The notes beneath the pieces were generated by a model that was given only the letters and a program-made list of their open reading frames with translations, did no database searches and was not told the origin of the DNA. A stretch of 64,000 nt of DNA from positions 102,353 through 166,352 of the IMG/VR virus record IMGVR_UViG_3300027659_000009. One strand, 5' to 3'. This DNA is from a virus. Below are positions 27,838-36,768 of the stretch, one piece after another (the first letter of the stretch is position 1; every line of letters starts with the position of its first letter). The position numbers and the translations under genes are program-made.

Positions 27838-28245
27838 TCACTTTCTCAACCTTTTTATACGTCTTAGGGCGTTCATAGACTCTGTTGTAACCTTAAATCC
27901 CTTATCTAAGTTCTCCGTATAGGGTATAAACCTTAAATTTTTGATATTTCCCACCTTTTTTGGTGGGATTTTTTCTTTAAACCCCATAGAAATGGGGTAA
28001 ATGTGATCCAAATGATGGTTTTTCCACCCTCTTTTATCAAAATTCTCTAAAATATGTAGTGGTTGTGACTCAGTAACCTCCCAAACCATCGCATAATACA
28101 GTTTTTTGTCTAAATCTTTGATGTTTTTGATTTTTTGTTTGATTTTAGGGTGATTTTTACATATTTTTCCAATTTTTTTCCTTATTTCATCAGTTAAATC
28201 TGTTTTTTTGACAATTTTTTTCTTATATTTGGTTGGATTTTTCAT
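27838..28245 (-). CDS. HNH-like nuclease
   Basis: HHLDHIYPIS...NLRFIP..EN..KG; start moved to MKNPTK. Confidence 0.7.
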   Translation of the reverse strand: MKNPTKYKKKIVKKTDLTDEIRKKIGKICKNHPKIKQKIKNIKDLDKKLYYAMVWEVTESQPLHILENFDKRGWKNHHLDHIYPISMGFKEKIPPKKVGNIKNLRFIPYTENLDKGFKVTTESMNALRRIKRLRK

Positions 28246-28287
28246 AAAAGACAGTATATTGGTATATTTATATAATAAATAGATAAA

Positions 28288-29142
28288 ATGCGCATAATTA
28301 TAACGGAAACTCAACTTAAAAGAGTATTACTTTATGAGACTAAACAAGTAGTCATAACGGATGAATACTTAGATAAAGCGAAAAGTACCGTATCAAAATT
28401 ACAAACTAGAGGGTTCACTATTGATGCTGCTTGTGCAATGGCAGGTAATATTTGGGCAGAATCACAATTTGACGCATCAAGTGAGAGCCCCAATGGGGCA
28501 CTTGGACTTTTACAGTGGTTAGGAGATAGAAAAAAGGGGTTGTTGTCTTTTGCTAAACATAAAGAATCTGAATGGTCTAGTGAAAAAATACAATTAGATT
28601 ATACTAAGATAGAATTATTGGATGGTTATAAAATGACTAACGGTAAAGAAGTACCTAATTTACCGGCAGACATTAAATCATCTAATCAATATGAAGTAAA
28701 TCAATTTAATAGTGCAATGGAAGCGGATACTATACCACAAAAAGCACAAAAATTCGCAAAATTAGTAGAAAGATGTGGAGATTGTAACGGTACGATAGAT
28801 ATAAGAAAAGAATCTGCAAAAAGAATTCATGATTATATTAATGGTACATACAAAAAAAGTGGTAATAAAACAACACCAACAGTAACTACTAAAAAAGAAG
28901 ATAGTGGTTCACACTCTGTAGGTAGTACAGTTTACCCTAAAGAGTCTGAGGGGTATGCAAATGTAAGAAAAGACGCGAATAGAGATAGTGATAGAATTGC
29001 TAAAGTAATGTCACCAAATAAAATAGGTAAAATAACTAAAGTAAAAATTGACGGTGATGGAAATGAGTGGTATCAAGTTACTTTAGATAAAAAAGTAGAC
29101 GGATTTACAACTGGTTGGGTAAGATCAGACGCAATTAAATAA
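28288..29142 (+). CDS. leader + phage tail-type lysozyme + SH3b domain
   Basis: MRIIITETQLKRVLLYE; AMAGNIWAES.F...E...GALGLLQWLGDR; ANVRK...WYQV...GWVRSD. Confidence 0.85.
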   Translation: MRIIITETQLKRVLLYETKQVVITDEYLDKAKSTVSKLQTRGFTIDAACAMAGNIWAESQFDASSESPNGALGLLQWLGDRKKGLLSFAKHKESEWSSEKIQLDYTKIELLDGYKMTNGKEVPNLPADIKSSNQYEVNQFNSAMEADTIPQKAQKFAKLVERCGDCNGTIDIRKESAKRIHDYINGTYKKSGNKTTPTVTTKKEDSGSHSVGSTVYPKESEGYANVRKDANRDSDRIAKVMSPNKIGKITKVKIDGDGNEWYQVTLDKKVDGFTTGWVRSDAIK

Positions 29143-29182
29143 ATTTTTAAAAAGAAACTAATATTTATTATAAAAAAATAAA

Positions 29183-30829
29183 ATGAAGTACATTATAACA
29201 GAAAATCAATATAGAATTTTATTAAAGGAAGATAGAGTTGCTTTTTTAAAGACTCAAAATGTTATTGATCCTAAATTATTGGATGGTTTAACTAAAGGTA
29301 ATTTAGAGAAAAAAAGTAAGAGACCAGATGGTGGTATGGAACCTAACAAAATTAAAGTAGAGCCCATAGAAAATCATGAAGGTATTGATATCGCATACAT
29401 TGTAACAAACAATAAAGGTAAACAATCTATAAAATTAACAGATGAAATATTTAATGACATTGTTGAGGCGGATCCATCTAGAAATAAACAATATGTACAA
29501 TGGATGATTCAAGTTTTCCTAAGACATATTAGTGATGGTGATATTGAACAAGCGATTAGATTTTTAACAGAAGATTTACCAGAAGCAAATGAGTTCTTAA
29601 CAATTTTCGATGATGTTAAGAATAAAAAAGTATTTAAGAGAAGTGCACCCAATAGACCAAATGCACCTCAGAATGTAACAGACATTAATCAATACACTTC
29701 ATTGGCACAACTTTATTCTGTGGTTAGTCCATTTATTGGTGCCTCTGATGAAGAAAGTGAAGATGGTGAAAGTCCGTTATGGAAAAAATTAAAAAAGTAT
29801 ATTGATTTAGGTGAGGCTAAATTAGTGTATAGAGATGGTGATGTATTGATATACTCCCCTTTAACGATAGAGTCTAGTTGTGATCCTTTAGGTTCTTTAG
29901 CATCTTGGTGTACTAGAAGAGAAGGTAATACATATTTCGATTCTTATAGAAAAAATAATCCTAAACCCGATGGTACTAATTCAGACTACTATGTGATTAT
30001 GCCTAAAAATCTATTTAATGGTGACGATGAAGGTGACACATACCCTTTACAATTCCACTTTGAGTCTAATCAATTACACGATAAAAATAACACCTCTATT
30101 GAGAGAAGTTCTAAACTTAGTGAGGTACTTAGTAGATTCTCAGGGATGAAAGAATTCTTTAAAAAGGAGTTGGGTAAATTAGTTGAGATGGATGTGGTTA
30201 AAGGTACTGGACTTATGGATAGTTCTTACATTAAATATTTAAATATGTTCGGTGGTAAGGCAGAAGAAGTTATTTCTGGTGAAGTATATCAGAAGGGTGT
30301 TGATAACATTAAAAAATTGGCATCACAACAAAAAGTTCCTTTACAACAAAACAAATACTTAAAGTGGTTGATGGAGAATACTGAGAATGTGGAAATATTA
30401 GATTATTTGGATCCTGATGTTACAGAATCTTTAGACTTTTCTAATATGACTTTAGGTAAATTACCTAATATGTCTAAATTCCATAAGGTGGATAGAATAA
30501 CCGCAAATAATTGTAATTTAAATGTTTTACCATCTGTGGATATGTTACCTGATGGTGGTAGAATGATAAACGTACTTAGTTTTAATGACAACCAAATTAC
30601 TAAGGCACCTTTAGATGGTTATGAAACATTAAAAGAATGTTTTATGATTACACTATTAAACAATCCTATAAAAGAAATTAATGTACCTGTATTGACAAAA
30701 ATGATAGAGGATGAAACATTTATTCGTTTTGGTGTGAACACTGATGTGGTAAATAACTTATCACCTGATAACGCAAAAGAATTCCAAAGTTTAGTGGATG
30801 AAGTAGGTGGGACAATTACATTTAGATAA
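29183..30829 (+). CDS. leader-bearing protein with WCT-motif domain and C-terminal leucine-rich repeats
   Basis: MKYIITENQYRILLKE; SWCT...QFHFESNQ; LDFSNMTLGKLP, ITANNCNLNVLP, LSFNDNQIT, LLNNPI. Confidence 0.7.
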   Translation: MKYIITENQYRILLKEDRVAFLKTQNVIDPKLLDGLTKGNLEKKSKRPDGGMEPNKIKVEPIENHEGIDIAYIVTNNKGKQSIKLTDEIFNDIVEADPSRNKQYVQWMIQVFLRHISDGDIEQAIRFLTEDLPEANEFLTIFDDVKNKKVFKRSAPNRPNAPQNVTDINQYTSLAQLYSVVSPFIGASDEESEDGESPLWKKLKKYIDLGEAKLVYRDGDVLIYSPLTIESSCDPLGSLASWCTRREGNTYFDSYRKNNPKPDGTNSDYYVIMPKNLFNGDDEGDTYPLQFHFESNQLHDKNNTSIERSSKLSEVLSRFSGMKEFFKKELGKLVEMDVVKGTGLMDSSYIKYLNMFGGKAEEVISGEVYQKGVDNIKKLASQQKVPLQQNKYLKWLMENTENVEILDYLDPDVTESLDFSNMTLGKLPNMSKFHKVDRITANNCNLNVLPSVDMLPDGGRMINVLSFNDNQITKAPLDGYETLKECFMITLLNNPIKEINVPVLTKMIEDETFIRFGVNTDVVNNLSPDNAKEFQSLVDEVGGTITFR

Positions 30830-30891
30830 AAATTTTTTCAAAATTTGATATATTTATAATAAGAATAAAAATAATATAAAAACTTAAAAAA

Positions 30892-31056
30892 ATGAGAAGA
30901 GAAAAAAAAGTGATTAGATTGACTGAATCAGAAATGATTAACTTAGTAGAAAGAATTGTTAATGAAGTAAAAAGAGAAAAAAGAGCGCAAGTTACTGAAT
31001 CTTTAAGACAAAGAGAATCTAAAAGATTGTCAGAAAATAGAAATAGAAGAAGGTAA
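30892..31056 (+). CDS. near cargo-less leader peptide (54 aa, absent from the ORF track)
   Basis: MRREKKVIRLTESEMINLVERIVNEVKREKRAQVTESLRQRESKRLSENRNRRR; late motif at ~30851. Confidence 0.75.
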   Translation: MRREKKVIRLTESEMINLVERIVNEVKREKRAQVTESLRQRESKRLSENRNRRR

Positions 31057-31064
31057 TTTATTAT

Positions 31065-32915
31065 ATGAAAAAAATTCAAACCCTTAACGAAGAAATACAA
31101 AAAATGAGAAAATTAATGTCATTTAACATTAATGAAAATTCTCATGATTCACTATCTGAAGAAAATTTTAAAAAGAGTACTGAAGGGACTTACCTTATCA
31201 ATGAACAATCTTACGAAGGTAATTGGGTAATTATTTGGTTGGAATCTAAAGGTAAAGGAAATGACTTACAAAGAAAGAATAACGATAATTCAGGATTTGC
31301 AAATAACATTATCGGTACTATATCTAACGATGTTTTAACATTAAATAAAGATGGTAATTTTATATTTGATACAAGATCTTACCCAAAAACTATAGAACAA
31401 ATTGATGTGTTATTTGATAAGGGGTTAATATCAGTAAAAGAGGATATAGATAACAAAGAGGATATAGATAACAAAAATATTGTTAAAACTTTTACTAATA
31501 AACAAATAAGAATTGCTAAAAAAGACTTTGATAATAAAATGGATAAGTCAATTGATGCCGCAGATTGGAAAAAAGGGTATAGTGGTACTTTACTTATTAA
31601 TCACGTAATGTACCCTAGTGCTAAAAATGTTGGGGAACATGAGGGTCCTGAAGGATACTTATATGGTGGATACTTATGGTATGGGAAAAATGAAAAGTTT
31701 AATTTTTCCCCAGTAAATGATGATGATGATACACCACCAAAGGATGATCCTAAACCTGGTACTAAAATTACTGTTGAAGATTTTAATGTTAATAATATTG
31801 GGAAAACTTACCTTAATAATATGGTAAAACCAAATTTAGTTGGAAAAAACTTAACTGATTTTAATTTACTTGCAGAACAATTTTCTAATTATATTAAAGC
31901 TGGTGGGTTAGAAAAATTAACAAACGTAACAATGCAAGGTAGTGCTGACGCAAGTCCCCCAAGTTGGTCGGGACCTGATGCGGAACCTATTGATCACGAT
32001 TATGGTGATATTAAATATCAAAAATATCCAAAACCTGATGTTCTCGAAAAAATGAATTTATATTTAGCAGAATATAGAGCATTAAATTATTCAAACCTAT
32101 TAATTGCTAAGATTAAAGAATTATGTGGCGAAACGATAACAATAAAACAATTACCACCTATTAGTTATTTGAGTCAACCAAACAAGGTAGGTAAACAATA
32201 TCGATCAGTAATTTTAACCCCTAATGCACCAACAATTGAGATTCATGATACCACTCCAATTGATGGTTCTGAAATTGAAATTTCAGATAAAGAAAAAATA
32301 AAAACGGTATATACTGATACTATTGGCTCTGAGCCAATATCTATTACTATTACAATAGATGGTAAGAGCGTTACCGTAGGAAATAATACAGATGGATCAG
32401 TTAATGCTATCAAAACTAAAAACGGGTTTTATCTTAGTAAACGTTTTATTGAACAATTTAAGATTCCAGAAACCCCTGACAGTGTTATTGATGGAGTTAC
32501 TTATACACCCGGAGGATCAATATCGTTTAATGATGAAAATGGAAATAAACAAACATTTAAAATGAGTAAAAAACCAATGGGAGTGAAACACAATGAAATT
32601 TATTGGAATCTGGAACAAGGAAAAGCTGAAATAAAACCATGGTTTAGTTCTGTAGAGTGTGGGCAGGATTCCTCTTTTTCTGAAGCAGAAGGGTCAGCGT
32701 TTACTGGCATCCCTTTTACGACTTACAAATCTGACGATGAGAAACAATATAAAGGTGAATGGTTTTTTAAAGTTGTAAATTCTTGGTTCGCATATAGTGG
32801 AATTGAATGTGTGGGATCAGACATTTACGGTAAACCAAAGAAGCCACCACGAACTGATTTTAGGAATATGAATAGTTATAAAAACATTCCCCCGAATTTA
32901 GAATCAATGTTTTAA
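31065..32915 (+). CDS. large leader-bearing protein with OmpA-like motif
   Basis: TLNEEIQKMRKLM; TMQGSAD...NLYLAEYRA...YRSV. Confidence 0.65.
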   Translation: MKKIQTLNEEIQKMRKLMSFNINENSHDSLSEENFKKSTEGTYLINEQSYEGNWVIIWLESKGKGNDLQRKNNDNSGFANNIIGTISNDVLTLNKDGNFIFDTRSYPKTIEQIDVLFDKGLISVKEDIDNKEDIDNKNIVKTFTNKQIRIAKKDFDNKMDKSIDAADWKKGYSGTLLINHVMYPSAKNVGEHEGPEGYLYGGYLWYGKNEKFNFSPVNDDDDTPPKDDPKPGTKITVEDFNVNNIGKTYLNNMVKPNLVGKNLTDFNLLAEQFSNYIKAGGLEKLTNVTMQGSADASPPSWSGPDAEPIDHDYGDIKYQKYPKPDVLEKMNLYLAEYRALNYSNLLIAKIKELCGETITIKQLPPISYLSQPNKVGKQYRSVILTPNAPTIEIHDTTPIDGSEIEISDKEKIKTVYTDTIGSEPISITITIDGKSVTVGNNTDGSVNAIKTKNGFYLSKRFIEQFKIPETPDSVIDGVTYTPGGSISFNDENGNKQTFKMSKKPMGVKHNEIYWNLEQGKAEIKPWFSSVECGQDSSFSEAEGSAFTGIPFTTYKSDDEKQYKGEWFFKVVNSWFAYSGIECVGSDIYGKPKKPPRTDFRNMNSYKNIPPNLESMF

Positions 32916-33601
32916 AACATTTTATTGTAATCCTCTTTATATTGGACATCAAGTTTTTTACTTTTTAAATAATACATTCCAAAACTAGTTTCAAATACAC
33001 CAACCGCATATATTTGGTAGGTAACTGTTCCGTTATAGTTTTCAGTCGCATTATACTTTACAGAAAAATATCCTTTTTTGATTGAGGTTTTATTACCAAG
33101 ACTATCTTTTTGATCTCCAGATGACCAAGCCATTATTACATAATGACCTTTAGATTCTACAAAGTTATTTATAAGCATTTTTGATATCTCTTTGTTTGAC
33201 ATAATTTTATTTTTATCAAAAGTCATTTTAACATAAGTGATTATTTCACCATCATAACACCAAACAAACGTTTTTTCGTGATAAGTGTCTTTTGGATCTG
33301 GATAATACAAATAATACTCTTTATTAAAAAAATTATATCTTTCTAAAGGTCTTTCTAATACTTTATCCCCACAGGTTATGGTATTCTGAGTGTGTGTCAC
33401 TAAAGTATATTTTTCAAGATATGTTGCATGTAGTTCTGCCGCTTTTTTACAATTTAGTGAAAGATACCTTTTATTGGAATTAAGTTTAGTTCTTTCTACG
33501 TTATGTAATTCAAACATATATTTAGATATTGAATCACAATTAATTTGAGACATTAAGTTTAATGAAGTTGTGATCATCAAAATTAAAATTAAGTTTTTCA
33601 T
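32912..33601 (-). CDS. secreted CAP/SCP-domain protein
   Basis: Signal peptide ending S/Q; HNVER..L, AAELHA..L...HT, S.GH...M; promoter at 33622-33652. Confidence 0.65.
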   Translation of the reverse strand: MKNLILILMITTSLNLMSQINCDSISKYMFELHNVERTKLNSNKRYLSLNCKKAAELHATYLEKYTLVTHTQNTITCGDKVLERPLERYNFFNKEYYLYYPDPKDTYHEKTFVWCYDGEIITYVKMTFDKNKIMSNKEISKMLINNFVESKGHYVIMAWSSGDQKDSLGNKTSIKKGYFSVKYNATENYNGTVTYQIYAVGVFETSFGMYYLKSKKLDVQYKEDYNKMF

Positions 33602-33696
33602 AGTTATTACGTTTATATTAACAAATATACGACATTTTTTTTAATACACAAACTTTTTTACTGTTTTTTTTATATTTATATAAAAAATAATTTATT

Positions 33697-35661
33697 ATGG
33701 GAAAAAATACGTTAACAGAAGAAATATATAGAATGAGAAAATTGATGGGACACGACTCAAATGAATATAGAGAAAATGTCACTTCGTTTGATAAACTTTT
33801 AGAAGAAAAAATGATAAAAAAATATCTTCTTAAAGAAGAGGATGGTGAAGATCCAAAATTTTCTGATTGGTCCAATGGTGGTAAAGTTAACTGGGAAAAT
33901 GCAAAGTTAAAAAATATAATAGAATATATTAGTGAAGTTGATAAGTATTTTGGTGGTACTTATTTAAATAATCCATCATACACTACAATGATGGATTGGT
34001 TTGAGGAAAATGATAGTCTAAATGTGAGAAATTCATTAAAAGAATGGATGTTTGGTGACATTTATTATGGCATTAAAAAATCCGAAGATGTTAAACAAAC
34101 TAAGAAAAATGCAGTTACACCTGATGAGTTTGATAAGAACCTACAAGTCGAATTGGCAACTATTTTAGATACCGCGTCTAAAATTGATTTAAATAAACTT
34201 AATATAACAGATTCAGAAGGTACGGTTGATAAAACATTAACTAACGATATAGAAACTTTAATATCGTCTAGAACATTAGAAAAATTAAATAAAGAATTAA
34301 TATCATTAAATAAAGGTAATGTTTTCCTTAAAAAAGATATATTGGACCCATTAAAAACTAACCTTAATGTTTTAATAACATACGCTAAAAATACTAACCC
34401 TACGGATGATGACATAGATGCTATTACGGATGTTGTAGATGATTTATTATATTTTGATTTAGAGGATAAGGAAGAAATTGGTTTAGATATATCTGACGAC
34501 GATGTTAAAATAGATGTCGATGCCGACAAAAGGATTGGGATTAAAAATAGTCTAATGAAAAAATTATCTGCCGAAATAAAGACTGTCGGTGAGGATACTT
34601 ATAGTAAATTACTTAAAAGAATTATTAATATAAAAATTACTGATGAACCTAATGAACTTTCACAGTTTAAAGTTGAGGGTGGACAAAAAGGTATTCCTAT
34701 TATGACAGAAGGGGATTCAGAAATGTTCCAATACCCACCAGTAAATACTCCTGAAGGGGAAAGAAATAATTTAGGTAATAACTTCTTCCCCGATGATGGT
34801 ACATCTATGGGTGAGAACGCAATCGCAGGGATAAGAGAACAAGTGAGATTACTAAAAAAGTTTATAGATGATCAAGATTCAGAGGTTGAGGCACAAAGAA
34901 CAGAAAATGGTTTAGATGAAGAATTTAAATTAGAAGTATCTGCAATTGGAATATTCGTATATTCCTCAACTAGTAAAGTAAGAACAACTTATAAAAGTAA
35001 AGATAAAAGTTTTAGTGAAGGTAATAACATAAAATTAGCAGAAGATAGAAGTAGTGCGATAGAAAACACAGTTAGAAATATTTTAAAACAGTTTGGCTTA
35101 GATGAATATAATATAATCTTAGCCTCTAGAATTGAAAAACCGAATACTGGACCGGGTTGGACAAAATTAGATGGTAAATATGCTGACGGTTTAGACGTAC
35201 CTATAACTGCATATGGTACGATGTTTCAAGAAGCATATAAAAAAAATAATAAATTAACCCCTCAATTATTTTACGGTAATAGAGGTAATGATTGGGCGAA
35301 GAAAGCGTCAAAAATATTAGGTAGGGAAATACCACAACAAGAATTATCACAAGAATATAACGATATTTATGGATTATTTAGAATGAATTTGGCGGGAATT
35401 AGTGTTACCTTAAGAAAACCAACTATAGTTACTAAAGAAGAAGTTGGTGAGGATTACTTAGTTATTGCGGTACCAGGAATGGGATTAGAATTTGCGGCAA
35501 ATGAAGAATTTAGTTTTAAGGATACTTGGGATAATTTTAAAAGAGGTGTAAAAAAATTAAAAAAGAAAATAAAGAAAAAATTTAAATTTAACCCACCACG
35601 TAGAAATTATAATAAAATTCCTATAACTACAGACAAACATGGATGCCCTAAATGGGATTAA
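33697..35661 (+). CDS. large leader-bearing protein with OmpA-like motif
   Basis: TLTEEIYRMRKLMG...YLLKE; IFVYSSTS...NIKLAEDRS.AI. Confidence 0.65.
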   Translation: MGKNTLTEEIYRMRKLMGHDSNEYRENVTSFDKLLEEKMIKKYLLKEEDGEDPKFSDWSNGGKVNWENAKLKNIIEYISEVDKYFGGTYLNNPSYTTMMDWFEENDSLNVRNSLKEWMFGDIYYGIKKSEDVKQTKKNAVTPDEFDKNLQVELATILDTASKIDLNKLNITDSEGTVDKTLTNDIETLISSRTLEKLNKELISLNKGNVFLKKDILDPLKTNLNVLITYAKNTNPTDDDIDAITDVVDDLLYFDLEDKEEIGLDISDDDVKIDVDADKRIGIKNSLMKKLSAEIKTVGEDTYSKLLKRIINIKITDEPNELSQFKVEGGQKGIPIMTEGDSEMFQYPPVNTPEGERNNLGNNFFPDDGTSMGENAIAGIREQVRLLKKFIDDQDSEVEAQRTENGLDEEFKLEVSAIGIFVYSSTSKVRTTYKSKDKSFSEGNNIKLAEDRSSAIENTVRNILKQFGLDEYNIILASRIEKPNTGPGWTKLDGKYADGLDVPITAYGTMFQEAYKKNNKLTPQLFYGNRGNDWAKKASKILGREIPQQELSQEYNDIYGLFRMNLAGISVTLRKPTIVTKEEVGEDYLVIAVPGMGLEFAANEEFSFKDTWDNFKRGVKKLKKKIKKKFKFNPPRRNYNKIPITTDKHGCPKWD

Positions 35662-35673
35662 TAAATATATATT

Positions 35674-36198
35674 ATGAAAATTAAAAAAAATAATGTTATA
35701 GTTACACTTACAGAAAGTGATATAACGTCAATTAAAAAATATCTTTTAAAAGAAGAAAAAATATCATTTAAGTTTTGTTTTAAGACATATCCTGAATGGT
35801 TAAGATCCGACAGTACGGAAGCGGGGATTGCGGGAACTAAAGCATCTAGTGATAATACTTTGTGGAAAAAAATAAAAACAGGTGTTACATTTTCAGTCAC
35901 TAATTGTGAAGGGTTGAAAAACGATGAAATTAGCACTGGTATCCTATCAAAAATAACTGACTTTACTTTAAGAGAAAAGGCAGTAGAAAAAACTGTTGAA
36001 TTTTGTAGATCTCACATAAACGGTGTTATTGAGGATATTAAATCTGGTGACGTTAAAAAAAGAAAGATTCACATTAAAAGTGACTTTACACCACCAAATG
36101 ATGAATCAATCGATTCGTGGGTAACTAAACATGACTTCACAACAGAAATTGCAGATTTAGTACAGATTAATAAATGTCTTTACAATACACAGTTCTAA
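35674..36198 (+). CDS. leader-bearing hypothetical
   Basis: MKIKKNNVIVTLTESDITSIKKYLLKE. Confidence 0.7.
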   Translation: MKIKKNNVIVTLTESDITSIKKYLLKEEKISFKFCFKTYPEWLRSDSTEAGIAGTKASSDNTLWKKIKTGVTFSVTNCEGLKNDEISTGILSKITDFTLREKAVEKTVEFCRSHINGVIEDIKSGDVKKRKIHIKSDFTPPNDESIDSWVTKHDFTTEIADLVQINKCLYNTQF

Positions 36199-36211
36199 TA
36201 AACAATGGTGG

Positions 36212-36712
36212 TTAATTAACCACCATTGTTGAAGACTCATCTACCATACCGTTAGGTAATAGTAAAATAGACACTCCGATTTTATTAATACCTTCTGTCA
36301 ACATATTTTTCTTATGTTTTTCAGAAGTCAACCAACTATTGTAAATTCTATTAGTTACTTCAGATACATATTCTTTAGTCATCGGGAAAACACCAAATGA
36401 TTTACTAAAATATACGTTTTCCGCAACAATACTATTACTTTGGATGTCTGAGTGGTAGATTTTATTTTTATCCAACATATTTGATGACCATTTATCTGCG
36501 TAGATAGATAAAGATTCATCCTTAGTAAGAACAATTAAACCTTTACTCACTCTAAAAGAGTTTATCATACCAATCAACACATTCTCCAAAGAATCGATAT
36601 CCATTTGAGAAACTACTTTCTTATTATTTTCAATGGAATAAGAAACCATATCATTTTGAGAGTAACCCTTTACACTCAAAAGAAGACTAAATAAAATCAC
36701 TAAATTTTTCAT
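36212..36712 (-). CDS. secreted CAP/SCP-domain protein
   Basis: Signal peptide ending S/Q; INSFR...GL..L..D..L...A..WS..M, AENV, WL.S..HKKNML...IGV; promoter at 36733-36764. Confidence 0.85.
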   Translation of the reverse strand: MKNLVILFSLLLSVKGYSQNDMVSYSIENNKKVVSQMDIDSLENVLIGMINSFRVSKGLIVLTKDESLSIYADKWSSNMLDKNKIYHSDIQSNSIVAENVYFSKSFGVFPMTKEYVSEVTNRIYNSWLTSEKHKKNMLTEGINKIGVSILLLPNGMVDESSTMVVN

Positions 36713-36768
36713 ATCGTTATAGTTTTATAATACAAATATAAAAAGAAATATTTAATCTGCCAAATTTT

